Shown: one piece after another, positions 1-12,061 of the stretch
Layout: every line of letters begins with the position of its first letter
Position numbering within the stretch: position 1 is the stretch's first letter
Source: Octopus sinensis
Lineage: Eukaryota
Reading direction: 5' to 3'
Assembly: GCF_006345805.1 (NCBI RefSeq)
Contig: NC_043014.1
Coordinates: 24,676,001-24,740,000 of the forward strand
Length of the DNA: 64,000 nucleotides
Translations under genes and position numbers: made by a program
Notes under the pieces: generated by a model
What the model saw: the letters and a program-made list of their open reading frames with translations, nothing else
What the model was told of the DNA's origin: nothing
The model's database searches: none

Positions 1-316
1 TCTGTTTCAATATTGAAATGTCTGCCATACAGGTATGTATGGAACTTTTCACATCCATATACTACTGTCAGGAGTTCCCTTTCAATATTTGCGTACCTTG
101 TCTCTGTGGGTGAGAAAAGCTTTCGAGGCATATGCAATCGGTTTACCTTCCTGTATCAGTGCTGCGCCAACTCCTCTCATAAGAAGCATCGACTTGGGGT
201 ATTACTGGTTTGCGTGTCATAGTATTGCAGAGTTGTCTCCTTACTGATGAGCTTTTTGATTGCCTTGAAATCCTGTGTGTGTGAAGCACACCAATCAAAC
301 TCTACGTCATCTTTGT

Positions 317-1075
317 TTAGTTCTCGGAGATTTGCAGTGTGATCGGCCAGCTTGGGTATGAAGGCTCCCATGTAGTGGATGAGTCCCAGGAAGCTTCTGA
401 GTTCCTTCTTGTCTTTGGGTTCTTAGCGGGGTCTTTGAACTCCTTTGCTTTTATCACACACTTGTCTGCATTGAGTTTGATACCTGCTTGTCGGGTTTTC
501 TCCTTAGCTTCATGTAAATTCAAGTCATGTGTGGTCTCATCCTTGCCATGCACTTGGGTATCATCTGCTATCCCAATTACTCCATTGCAGCCTTGGTAGG
601 TCTCATCTATTTGGTGCTGGAAAACATCTTGGCTCACCTTCAATCCAAATGGGAGTCGGTTGAATCGATATCTGCCAAATGGTGTGTTGAAGGTAGTGAG
701 CATGGATGACTCTTTGTCTATCTTTACATTCCAGTACCCATTACTGGCATCCAGTTTGCTGAATAATTTGTATCCAGCCAATGATGGTGTGATTTCTTCA
801 AGAGTTGGAATTGGATGGTACTCTCTTTTTAATGCCTTGTTCAGGTCCCTTGGGTCGATGCATATCCGTAGGGTACCATTGGGTTTTTCCTTGATTACAA
901 TTGGATTCATCCAGTCTGTTGGTTGTGTCACTTTGGTGATTATTTCTTTTTTTCCATTTTGTCCAAATCTGCCTTCAGCTTCTCTTTTAGTTCTAGAGGG
1001 ACGCGGCGAGGTAGGTGAACAATTGGTTTGATATTGGGGTCGACTGTTATATGGTATCGACATTTCACAAAGCAC
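317..1075 (-). pseudogene. Gypsy reverse transcriptase fragment
   Basis: ORF has DPRDLNKAL, FSKLDASNGYW, TFNTPFGRYRFNRLPFGL and IADD motifs; the frame is disrupted at both ends. Confidence 0.9.
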
Positions 1076-1112
1076 CCGACTGTATCGTCAAAGCATTCAG
1101 GGTACATACTTA

Positions 1113-1571
1113 TCAGTTCTTCTTTGTGATTGGTGGTCGGTCTTTGATGGGCATATCTCTGTCAATCCTGCTCGGAGCTGCCTTCACTTCACCATTAATT
1201 GACACAATATTAAGCTTTTTGCAGGTATTGAGTCCAAGAATCGCTGGTCCTTCTGTTCTTGTGACATAAAAAGAACACTTGATTATTTTTCCTTTGTGTG
1301 TCCCTGTGATTGTTGTTTTGCCCAGTTGTGGAATCCTGGTACCTCCGTACGCAGTGAGGATTACATTACTTGGTGTGAGGATTCCTTCTTTGACTTTATC
1401 CTCTTGTGTCATGTGTTCTGGGAACATCTTTTTGTAGAGGTTGACAGGCAAGATATCACTCTGGGCTCCAGTGTCAATCTTTAGCCTTAAGTCAATGTTT
1501 ATTTGTTTCTTGCCAGACTTCTTTTGTATTCGTATCGTTGTGTATGCCTCATATTTTTTTCTGGTCGTCAT
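1113..1571 (-). pseudogene. Gypsy aspartic protease region
   Basis: LKIDTGAQSDILP active-site motif and AILGLNTC flap-like motif. Confidence 0.88.
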
Positions 1572-2201
1572 TTCCTATCTCATGCACATTTATTGTGCCG
1601 ACTGCCAAGAATTCCTCCTCTGAGGTGTTTTGTTCTTGTTGTTGGCATGTATATCTCTTTGTTTTCTATTTCCGTTCCTCTTTGAAAATTAGGGCTTGTT
1701 TTTCTGGGATTTTGTTAGCCTACACATTTCCCCCCAGTGGTTGGGTTTTCCACATCCTTAGCAGTGTGTACCGAATGCAGGACATTTCTTCCGGTTATTG
1801 AACTCATGCTCCGTACCACAGTACGGGCATGTTCTTTGTTTGCGGTTATGTTTCGTCCTATGCCTAGATACAATATCTACACTGCTGCCTAGTGCGCTTG
1901 TTTGTAAGTGAGGACATTTGTTTGGTAGTGGCTTCGAATGCCCTTGCAGTGTCTACTGCTTCTATCAACTGGAGAGCGTCCTTACCTATGAGGGATTTCT
2001 GGACTTCTTTATGAGCACACCCCCATATTAGTTGATCAACAATTCTTTCGTCCTTATCTTTGAATTTGCATTTTTCGACAACATTCTTTAGTATGGACAG
2101 GAAATTGTCAATCGTTTCTTGTGGGTTTTGTTTCAGGCCCGGAATTCGTATCTTTGAATTCTATGGTTCGATCTGGGCTCTAGGTGCCTTTCAAATTTCT
2201 C

Positions 2202-2405
2202 TCAAAGTGTGTCTGGGTTATTGCAATCCGATTCTGACATATCCCAGCTATTGAATAGGTCTATGCCCTTCTCTCCCGTCCATAAAAGGATGTAGCTTAC
2301 CTTTTCATTGGCAGTTGTACCTTTCAGGAAACTTTTGAAAGCTAGTTGAGTTTTCTGCTTGAATTTCTTAAATGCTTCCACGATATCATCGGAGTCCCAG
2401 TTCAT
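2202..2405 (-). pseudogene. Gypsy gag N-terminal fragment
   Basis: MNWDSDDIVEAFKKFKQK...KVSYILLWTGEKG resembles Mag-clade gag N-termini and lies just downstream of the PBS. Confidence 0.7.
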
Positions 2406-2554
2406 GATCGGATGTAGGGATGTACGGTGACGGGGGTCGCCATTTTGGATCCCCGTGTATGTGTGTCCGAAGTCGAAGCGATGTTTTGTTTGTTAAATTT
2501 CTGGTTTGTTGTGTTCCTGTTTTGTTGTAAAGGCACAGTTTCCGATTACTTATT

Positions 2555-2569
2555 CCACCGCTGCCACCA
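2555..2569 (-). promoter_or_regulatory. Primer-binding site (tRNA-Leu type)
   Basis: Minus strand reads TGGTGGCAGCGGTGG directly after the LTR end (..ACA). This is complementary to the CCACCGCTGCCA-CCA 3' end of eukaryotic tRNA-Leu. Confidence 0.85.
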
Positions 2570-2722
2570 TGTTAAGTGTAGTTCCATTCTTGATGGGTGA
2601 TAGACAACTCAAATGAAGACATTGTTATACGTGTTTATTTACTTTACATGTTACACGGACTGTCGACATTCGGCGTTGTAATACATATATACTTTAGACA
2701 CAGTTCGTACTGTTTACTAACA
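2570..2722 (-). repeat. 5' LTR (~153 bp)
   Basis: TGTTA...TAACA inverted termini, AATAAA on the minus strand near 2634-2639, and it abuts the PBS. Confidence 0.7.
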
Positions 2723-2789
2723 AAATAGTGCCAAAAGTGGGGATGTATTCTACACACGTATACCTACGTATACACATAGATATGAATGT

Positions 2790-4010
2790 GTAACAATGCC
2801 TTTCCACTTGGCCGGTATGCCGCCCTGAAGAAGCGGTTGACCTGCCACTCATCAAGCATTTCTTTCAGCTCCTCCAAGCGGAATGCAGTGCCATTATCCA
2901 GAAACAGATCATCCACGGGGCCTCGTTCCAGGAATATCTCATTTAATACTTTCACGATTTCCTCTGCGGTCCCCGTCTTCATCTCGCTCCATATGACCAA
3001 CCGCCGTCAACCATTGAGAGGTATGTCCCCTGCCGGTATTGTGTTATGTCCACCGCCAGTCATTTCCAGCCGTGGTTCACTGGAATACTTCCCGCCTCAT
3101 GTACGCCCAGAGCAGGGTCGATGGACTAGTACCTCTCACAGCTGCTAACCACTCTCTGCACGCTCTGTCTTGTTACATCGGAGTCGACTTTCTTGGCTAG
3201 GAACAATGTCCTGTCCACCCCCATGTGACGCATGGTGTGCAATCTCCTCAACTCCGAAGCACTCAGACGGCATATTGCAGCCACAGCCTGCTCCGCATCC
3301 TCTGGCACCTGCAACCAGGCTCGCTTTACCCTGGTCAGGACGTCTGCCCTGTTCTTCTCAGAAGGCACAAATATCATGCTCAGCTTCAGATCAAACTCAG
3401 TGGTTAGTTCACGCAGTATCCCTAATCGATGCTTTACCAACATCTCTACAGCCCCTTTGGTGATGACTGCTGTCACCCAACTAAGTACAGTGGTCGAATC
3501 AGTCCTGATTTCTATGGTGTGCAGCCCCCACTTCAAGGCTAGGTTCACTCCCTTCAACATGGCATCCAACTCCGCCACATTGATATGATTGCAGTCTTCC
3601 GTCTTCCTGAGCCAGGCTGCATCTTCCACCATGACGCCTCCCACTTCCAAGACAACCCCTATTGCAATGCTACTGGCGTCACACCATACAATCCCGCTCT
3701 TTGATTTGGAAACATACCAACTACCCCTCACTGGATCCTCTGCTCTCACTTTGACCAAGACTTCCTGTATCATGTCGATCGTCTTTTCCCCCACTTTATC
3801 GTTCCACTTCGCTCCTTCAGCTCGTCTCTTGATGAAGCTGTCCAGAGCCATCCTGCAATCGGGTAGTGTTCCACCAGCTTCCCACACACCGAGAACAGTT
3901 CCGTCTGTTCATGCTGGTGCCCAGCTCGGGGATCTTGTTCCCTCACCAGAACACCAACGCGCCGGCCTTGTCTCTCCATAGCTTGAGGCCCAGTGCAGTG
4001 CCTCCCTGTT
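2790..4010 (-). mobile_element. Second Gypsy remnant (RNase H + integrase)
   Basis: CDASSIA / NVAELDAM / IRTDS RNase H motifs, an H..HMGVDRT...C..C zinc finger, and integrase core LDNGTAF...YRPSG truncated at about 2790. Confidence 0.85.
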
Positions 4011-4370
4011 TCAATGTAGGTAATTAAAGTGATGGTGATGTGATCAGCTGACAGGTAGTGGCAATTGCAGTTGAAGTAGTATTAATTGCCAGAGGCAGGT
4101 GGTGATAAGATAATAAGAGTGTATGTGTGTGATATGGTGTGGATGATTTGTTTTGTGTATAACAATTTTCATTCATAAGCCTCTTTCTAGATAAGTCAGA
4201 GATGATATATTTGTTAAATGCTTCCAAATTCTCTCTCCCCCCTCTCCCTTCTCTCTCTCTCATGCATACACATGATGATAATAAAAACAAGCCATTCTGT
4301 GCTGGAATGAGAAACACTTGTTAAATTTTTCTGTATGTCTGTCTCCTTTTCTCTCATTCATTCCTGTCAA

Positions 4371-5121
4371 CTTTTCATTTCTTCTGGCTTCCTCTCACTA
4401 CCTCTCTTACTTAGAACGGGGAGAAAAAATTGACAAGCAAACAGGCAGCATTCTTTAAATTTTTGCTGTTTGATATTTATACATATATACAATTCACATA
4501 TACATGCCCATCCATACACACACATACAGATATAATATACATAAGCAAGTGTGGCTATGTAGTAAGAAGTTAACTTCTCATGGTTCCAGGTTCAGTTCTT
4601 ATGTTTGGCACCATGGGCAAATGTCTTCTACTATGGCCTGAAACCAGCTAAAGCTTTGTGAGTGGATTTGGTAGACGGGCATGAAAGAAGCTTGTTATAT
4701 ATATATATATATATATATATACAACAAGCTTCTTTCATGCCCGTTTACCAAATGAAAGAAGCTTGTTGTATATATATATATATATACAACAAGCTTCTTT
4801 CATGCCCGTCTACCAAATCCACTCACAAAGCTTTAGCTGGTTTCAGGCCATAGTAGAAGACATTTGCCCATGGTGCCAAACATAAGAACTGAACCTGGAA
4901 CCATGAGAAGTTAACTTCTTACTACATAGCCACACTTGCTTATGTATATTATATATGTATATCTGTATGTGTGTGTATGGATGGGCATGTATATGTGAAT
5001 TGTATATATGTATAAATATCAAACAGCAAAAATTTAAAGAATGCTGCCTGTTTGCTTGTCAATTTTTTCTCCCCGTTCTAAGTAAGAGAGGTAGTGAGAG
5101 GAAGCCAGAAGAAATGAAAAG
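4371..5121. repeat. Fold-back palindrome with ~330 bp near-perfect arms
   Basis: 4371-~4700 is the reverse complement of ~4790-5121. The arms include a SINE head, and the centre holds two nested (TA)n-cored hairpins. Confidence 0.95.
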
Positions 5122-5122
5122 A

Positions 5123-5672
5123 ACAGTCCGAAGACAATCAAAACATCAATGTTCAACGCAATATAGAGTTCGAGACAGTTCAAATTAAAGTCTTTCTCTT
5201 TCTTTTAACAATTCTTTTTCTTCTTTTTACAACAGTTCTTTTGACACAATAGATTACAGTTTACGTCACAATGAAAAGCGACGACGACGGACCAGGTTCA
5301 GTCGAACGGAATCCGCCAGAGAAAACGGTGGTGGAGATGGCAGCGAACTCGAACCGGTAACCGGAGATAACAACAACAACAACAGGAAGAGAGAGACACG
5401 ACGGAAGGCAGTAGCTTACATTTAAGAACAGTTTATACAATTATTACATCAAATAAAACGTAATGCATATCAGATACATTAAAGAAGATAACATTAAAAA
5501 GAAAACAACAAAAGGCATGCACGATACAACACAGTCCGAAGACAATCAAAACATCAATGTTCAACGCAATATAGAGTTCGAGACAGTTCAAATTAAAGTC
5601 TTTCTCTTTCTTCTAACAATTCTTTTTACAACAGTTCTTTTGACACAATAGATTACAGTTTACGTCACAATG
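5123..5672. repeat. ~150 bp direct repeat pair (5123-5273, 5531-5672)
   Basis: acagtccgaagacaatcaaaac...ttacgtcacaatg occurs twice with a small indel. Confidence 0.9.
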
Positions 5673-6214
5673 TTCTTTTTCCTTTTCTTTCCTCTTTCCT
5701 CTTTCTTTTAACACAATTCCTTTTTTAACACAGTTCACAAGTTCTTTTTTTTTTCTGACACAATTCTTTTTACATTTCAACACCAACAACATAAACAAAA
5801 CATACCGCATGTTTTCTCGTTACAAACTCCTACTACAATAGCCATACCTTCTCGCTGTAATCTCCGTCACCTCCTCAATCCTCTGTGTCTGTCTTTCTCG
5901 CCACGCCTGTCATCCTTGTCGTTGCCTCTCCCGACTGCACCTGTTGCCAACTCACTGTCTCAGGCAAAACTGACCAACCCAGGCCAACTCTCTCTCGCCA
6001 ACTGCTCCTGATGCCAACTGACTCCTCTCGCCAACTGATCAACAAACTCCCAAGCTCACCGTATTTTAAAGGGTAGCAGATTTATTTTTTCACTGACCGG
6101 AAAGGGTCAGGTGTCTCTTCCAAACTCATTAATTTCTCTAGAAATTGACAGGACAAAGGCTTTTCCCCGTATGTCTGGCGCCAAACCACTCTTTCTCCGA
6201 ATGACCCCGTATCA
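5274..6214 (-). mobile_element. Possible LTR-like or unclassified repeat
   Basis: GC-richer block starting TGATACG on the minus strand, with a TTTAAAA TATA-like box followed by TCAGTT and short internal repeats. No second copy in the window. Confidence 0.3.
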
Positions 6215-6229
6215 ATATATATATATCTG

Positions 6230-7177
6230 TAAATGTAATATGTGACAATTATTTGATAGCCATGATAAAACTCCGAGTTTCGGATGCTGAGGTGGAAATC
6301 CACGCCGCCATCGCATCAGTTATCCGGCCATCGGAAGAATGCTATGAAAAATGATATACATGAGGAATATTTGAAGGATTTGGGGAATAGGAAGTTCGCT
6401 AGCAGTCCCCAGCCGCAAATATATCCCTGATGAGAGAAAGTCTTGTTTGCCGTAGATTTTCCACAGACTGGTTGCCGGATCAGATGCTTCCGTTCACCGA
6501 GTGCGGCCATGATACCACTGGGTGTCAGAACAATCCGCCTTGGGTGGCTCTACCAGAAACCGAAGTCTCCGACGGCATAGCTCTGACACCCCCTTACAAC
6601 GATAAGGTAACATATAATTACACATTTATTGGATGGCCGTTGACTCTCAAGAGTTCCTCCGCCCTTTGACGGGCTTTGTTTTTCATCCCGCAGGGTGTCC
6701 AATAAACACCCTCCTCACACCACTTGCTTAAAGTGGTCGGCGACTAAACCGGTAACCCCACCGGTTTAGTCGCCGACGGCCCGACCATGCAATAGGTTGT
6801 ACTGGATTACATGTTACCAGTAGCACTCGAAGTGACCTGACCCTCAGAATCACCTCCCTCCGACAGCTCATCCTAACGAGACGTCTGCGTTGGCTGGGTC
6901 ATGCCCTCCGTCGTCAACCAGGAGAATTTATCTTCGAAGCAATTGCCCCAGCTCCCCTTCAGGATTGGTGAAAGCAATGTGATAGACAACGAAAAACCAG
7001 GCTGATGACAGTCAAGGCTGATCTGGAACCCAACCTAGGAATAAGGAGTGGTTGGAGATCACGCGGTCTTTAGCCTCAAATCGCCAGGCCTGGTTGGCGT
7101 TTGTGAGATCGCAGCATTGAGGATGAATGAAGCCAGAACAACACACCCCGGGTGAATGCTGTCAAGTCAGTCAGTCA
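6230..7177 (+). mobile_element. Internally deleted RTE-type LINE derivative
   Basis: The 3' end encodes the RTE-like C-terminus EWLEITRSLASNRQAWLAFVR and ends in a (GTCA)n tail. The structured 5' region has an 18-bp perfect hairpin at 6736-6777. There is no RT core. Confidence 0.6.
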
Positions 7178-7486
7178 TATGAAAAATGACCGTTATACAA
7201 AGGGAAATTACTGTGTGATTGACCGTTATCAAGAAAAAAGAGCTATTTGCATGACCACTAAGTGATGGAGGGAGTAAAAAAAGGTGGTAAAAAAAGTTCA
7301 TAGTATTTGCGTAAGCGCGCATATTCATACCTATACATGTGCGCCCACACACCCACATGCAGGCGCCTAAAAGTATACATTCATCCACCCTCACTTGAAA
7401 ATGTACACACCCTCACCCACACCATTTGCCAAATGTATATGCATATACATACAAACCCACACACTCGCGTGTGTGGGTTTGTATGA

Positions 7487-7739
7487 CCTAACCCTAACCC
7501 TAAACCTAACCCCTAACCCTAAACCTAACCCCTAACCCTAACCCTAACCCTAACCCAACCCAACCCTAACCCTAACCCTAACCCTAACCCTAACCTAACC
7601 CTAACCCTAACACTAACCTAACCCTAACCCTAACCCTAACACTAACCTAACCCTAACTCTAACCCAAGCCCTACTCTAAACACTAATCCTAACCCTAACC
7701 CTAACCCTAACCCTAAACCTAAACCCTAACCCAACCCTA

Positions 7740-7775
<36 letters not shown>

Positions 7776-8290
7776 CTAACCCCTAACCCTAACCCTAACC
7801 CTAACCCTAACCCTAACTCCTAACCCCAACCCTAACCCTAACTTAACCCACCCAACCCCACCCCAAACCCTAACCCAACCCCACCCCAAACCCTAACCCA
7901 ACCCCAACCCAACCCCACCCCAAACCCTACCCTAACCCTAACCCTAACCAACCGTAACCCTAACCCTAACCCTAACCCTAAACCTAAACCCTAACCCAAC
8001 CCTAAACCCTAACCCTAACCCTAACCCTAAACCCTTACCCTAACCCCTAACCCCTAACCCTAACCCTAACCCTAATCCTAAACCCTAACCCAATCCTAAC
8101 CGTAAACCCTAACCCTCTTAACCCTAACCCAACCCCACCCCAAACCCTAACCCCTAACCCTAACCCTAACATAACCCTAACCCTAACCCCTAACCCCAAC
8201 CTTAACCCAAACCCTAAACCTAGCCCTAACCGTGACCCTAATCCTAACTCTAACCCTTAACCCTAACCCAAACCCTAACCCGAAACCTAA
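7487..8290 (-). repeat. Interstitial telomere-type array (CCCTAA)n / (TTAGGG)n with variants
   Basis: About 800 bp of CCCTAA and variants (CCCAA, CCCCAA, CCTAAA), more degenerate toward 8290. Confidence 0.95.
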
Positions 8291-8525
8291 ATCCTGATCC
8301 CAACACCATTCCTAAGTGATCTCCCTGTCTAAAGGATATGTGACGGAAGTAACTCTAGAAGATTTTGTATTTACCTCCGTTTCGAGAATTACTTCCCTCG
8401 CATATTATTTATTATTAAATTATAATCTGCAAGTAATATTCTAGTGACTCTAGAAGAATTTGCAGTTATCTTCCTTTCAAGAGTTACTTCCCGCACATAT
8501 AATAGAAAGGGAGATGACTAATAAC

Positions 8526-8847
8526 GCAGGATAATGCTAGTAATATCCATATTTTGCAGAAAAATCTGTCGGCAGCCAGCCATGAGAATCGAACTCATAT
8601 CCCTGTTATTACACATCCAACGACAAATTCTTCTGCAAATTTAGGATTTATAGATGAAGCTTTATAAGGACGCTATCATACGTTAAATTCAAGATTTATA
8701 CATCATAATTTTGCAGAAGAATTTGTCATTCTGGCAGTTTAGCTTACTGGTAAGTGAATTTGAGTCTCATGGCTGGCTGCTGACAGATTTTTATGCAAAG
8801 TATGGATAGTTTATCCTGTTCATGCTATATTATTAGCATTATCCTGC
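8526..8847. mobile_element. Palindromic MITE-like element
   Basis: gcaggataatgctagtaatat...atattattagcattatcctgc terminal arms plus an inner inverted pair (aaattcttctgcaaa / tttgcagaagaattt). Confidence 0.65.
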
Positions 8848-8879
8848 ATTTGAGAATACAATTATTTCTTTATCTGTGC

Positions 8880-9370
8880 CTTTTATGTGCCACCTGTCAA
8901 TGATCAGACTCGTATCGTGCTCTTTGCACCCGCCAGCACGGATGCCAGTCATCGAATTTGATTTCGATTTTGATTTCACAGGTCTTCGCAAGCAGAGTTT
9001 AATGTCCAAAGAAGAAAAAGATATGCATAAGTGGGCTGGTTACGTTCCTGGCATAGGCCACAAGGTTATGGTCTCAACTGGCTTGCTGGGTTTTCTCGAC
9101 CACAGGATACTTCCTAAAGTCTCGGTCGCTAGTCATTTTTTGGTGTGCTTCACCACTTCATCCCAGGTATCCTGGGTTTACCTCTTCCACAGGTTCAATC
9201 AACCACTAGGGTGTGGCACTTTTTCACGCAGCATTTCTCATCCATTCTTGCCACATGACCATACCAGAGCAGTCGTTTCACTTGCTTCTTGGGTCCAACT
9301 TTTCTCTCAAGGTACTTAAACTCTGTCGAGTTTGCACAGAGATTACACATCAATTAGATCAGGTGACAGC
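8880..9370 (-). mobile_element. RTE LINE 3' fragment
   Basis: Reverse complement matches the gtggaagaggta.acccagga..acctgggatga.gtggtgaagca block also seen at 28690-28740 and 43930-43980. Confidence 0.75.
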
Positions 9371-9399
9371 CCATGTTTCACTGCCATGTTTCACATTTT

Positions 9400-10520
9400 A
9401 TTTTTCAGGATACAAAATATTGCAAATAGATACTAAAAAACAACAAATTTGAATTGGCAATTTCACTTTTTTATACTAATTTGCAATATTTTGACACATT
9501 TTGTTTTCTGAAAAATTTGTGAATTTAGTGATCTCTTGGGTAAATAATTAGATTTAGTCACAAGAGTCTCAAAGGTTTTGTGATACAAAATCTGTCAAAA
9601 TATTGCAAATTTGAAGTGGCAATATTGTTCACTGTTTATGCTACTTTGCAATATTTTAACACTGTTTTCTTAAAACTTTTTTGATTTAAAAGATTGTGAG
9701 TTAACAGATTCATAAGATTATATTTATCCAGGATATTACAAAAGTCTCAAAAAATTTCAGGATACAAAATGTGTCAAAATATTGCAAATGTCCTGAAAAA
9801 CAACAATATTTTAGTGATCGCTTTGGTAGATATAAGTTAGCTGATTGATAATACGATTATATTTATCCAAGCGATCAAACAAGTCTTGAATGTTTTCAGA
9901 ATAAAAAATCTGTCAAAATATTGCAAAAAGTCGTAAAAAAACAACAATTTTGTTTACTCTTTTATGGTTATTTGCAATAATTTGTTTTCTAAAACTTATT
10001 GACTTGAGTTAACTGATTGGTAATGAAATTATATTTACCGAAGGAACAAATTGTATCAAAATATTGCAAATAGTTACAACAAAACGTCACATTTGAAATG
10101 GCAATTTTGTTCACTATTTAATGCTAATTTTCAATAATATAACAGTTTTCTGAAAACTTTTGTGACTGAAATAATTTCTTGCATAATCTCATGTAAAATA
10201 CAAGTTAAAAGATTAATAAAAAGATTATCTTTACAACGGTCACAACGGTCTCAAAAATTTTTAGGATTTTTTAGATTTTGTCATCTGTAAAAAAATTGCC
10301 AATTTAAATTGTAGCACTATTTTCATACAAGTTTTTTGATTACAAAAGTCTCAAAAGATTTCAGGTTACAAAATGTGTCAAAATATTGCAAATGTCCTAA
10401 AAAACAACAATTTTAATTTAACAATTTTCTTTACTCTTTTATACTTATTTGCAATATTATGACACATTTTGTTTTCTGAAAACTTTTGTGACTTTACTGA
10501 TCGCTTTGGAAGATGTAAGT
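9400..10520. repeat. AT-rich array of alternating direct and inverted gatacaaaatgtgtcaaaatattgcaaat motifs
   Basis: The motif recurs at about 9582, 9761, 9905, 10048 and 10366, and its reverse complement at about 9478, 9645, 9971 and 10448. Confidence 0.8.
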
Positions 10521-10542
10521 TAACACACTCTACACACCTTAC

Positions 10543-11492
10543 TTCCAAGTACTACTATAAACAACAGAATGTTATAACTTAGTGTTCAAGGTCAATCTGT
10601 GCCTAGCAGCTTCACTCGGTGTACTACAGGCCTGTTACCATAGCAACATTCCTGATGCTTTTTAATCAGGCCTAGTATGTATGCATGTATGTACACATGT
10701 GTGTATGTCTGCAGTTAGGCATTTAAAAAAGCAACATAAAAATAACAACAAAAGCTACAGGCAGGTGTAAACTGGTTAAGAACTATAGGTATTCATATTC
10801 ACACACCTGATATAATTGTCACTAGAACTTGGTCCTTCATATAGATATATATGTTTGTATGTATGTATGTAAATGAAAATATTTATATATACGTAGGCGC
10901 AGAAGTGGCTGTGTGGTAAAAGCTAGCTTCCCAACCACATAGTTCTGGGTTTAGTCCCACTGTGTGGCACCTTATGCAAGTTTCTTTTGCTATAGCCTCA
11001 AGCTGACCAAAGCCTTGTGAGTGATTTGGTACACGAAAACTGAAAGAAGCGGGTGCTGGTATCTTTACGTCACCGTAACTTAGCAGTTTGGCAAAAGAGA
11101 CCATTAGAATAAGTACTACGCTTACAAAGTCCTGGGGTTGATTTGTTTGAATAAAGGCAGTGCTCCAGCATGGCTACAGTCAAATAACTGAAACAAGTAA
11201 AAGACAGATGGAAATACTAAATGAATGTAAATATTTCTGTGTTGTACACTATTTACATTATTTAAATTTGTCGGATATTTGTCCTCATCTTGAAGGCTGA
11301 AGGGTATATCAGCTGAAATGTTGCGTTAACAACAAACAAGATGAGGACAAATATCCGTCAAATGTAAATAATGTACGTAATTCCTCATCTCTTAAATATA
11401 AAACTGTATTCCTGTGTTGGCTCAACATATTGTTTGAAGGGCGTTTAGTAACGTATAACTCACACACACGCGCGTGCACACACACACACACA

Positions 11493-11528
<36 letters not shown>

Positions 11529-11992
11529 TTGATTGATTGATTAACATAGGTATGGAGACAAACTAAAGTTAAACTCACAACTGTTTAAATACCATTTTTA
11601 ACTCTTTTGTAGTAGGTAAGAGTATATTGTAGGAAATGAGCAATAAAGAAATTAAAAGAAAGAGCTGAGATAACAGACAGTACTGAACATAGGGTATATG
11701 GTAATAGCAGTGACAGTAACAACATCAACAACAATTAATAACTGGAAAAGAACACCTGTACTAATGACAAAATACAGAATAAAGTAATGAATAACAAAAA
11801 TCACACACACACGTGTAACAGGTTGTATCAAAGTTTTATTTGATTTTCACTGATGGTAACTTGCATCTCCAAGTTAATTAGCCCATCCAATTGTTGCTGA
11901 ATTATTTATTCGTTATTTTCATACATAATGTATAAACATTAATTGTTTATTCTTTCTTATACAGCTTTGATAATGAGTGGTGAAAAGTTGCA
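10543..11992 (+). repeat. Left arm of a large diverged inverted duplication
   Basis: Collinear reverse complement of 13929-15244, including the embedded SINE and microsatellites. Confidence 0.92.
10895..11204 (+). mobile_element. tRNA-derived SINE (CORE-like segment)
   Basis: aggcgcag.agtggctgtgtggtaa head, ggcacctt..gcaagt segment and gactgaaacaagtaaaaga tail; the same family recurs many times in the window. Confidence 0.85.
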
Positions 11993-12014
11993 CTCACATA
12001 CACACGTGTGTGTG

Positions 12015-12061
<47 letters not shown>

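Larger units (their letters stand above)
1..2722 (-). mobile_element. Ty3/Gypsy LTR retrotransposon (Mag-like), degenerate, running off the left edge
   Basis: Minus-strand order is LTR, PBS, gag, protease (KIDTGAQ), RT (LRICIDPRDLNKAL...IADD) and RNase H (TETRYANIERELL...FHTYLYGRHF, read at 1-110), with frameshifts. Confidence 0.92.

Noticed and set aside
2733-2792. Plus-strand PPT-like aaaagtgggga followed by TGT...ACA
   Set aside because: Only about 47 bp and opposite to the neighbouring integrase; cannot be assigned as an LTR.
6255-6345. HDV-like ribozyme at the RTE-derivative 5' end (TCCACGC loop-like motif)
   Set aside because: The flanks do not form P3/P1 by eye.
11600-11800. Possible host exon in the inverted-duplication arms
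   Set aside because: No frame is conserved open in both arms and the splice signals are ambiguous.
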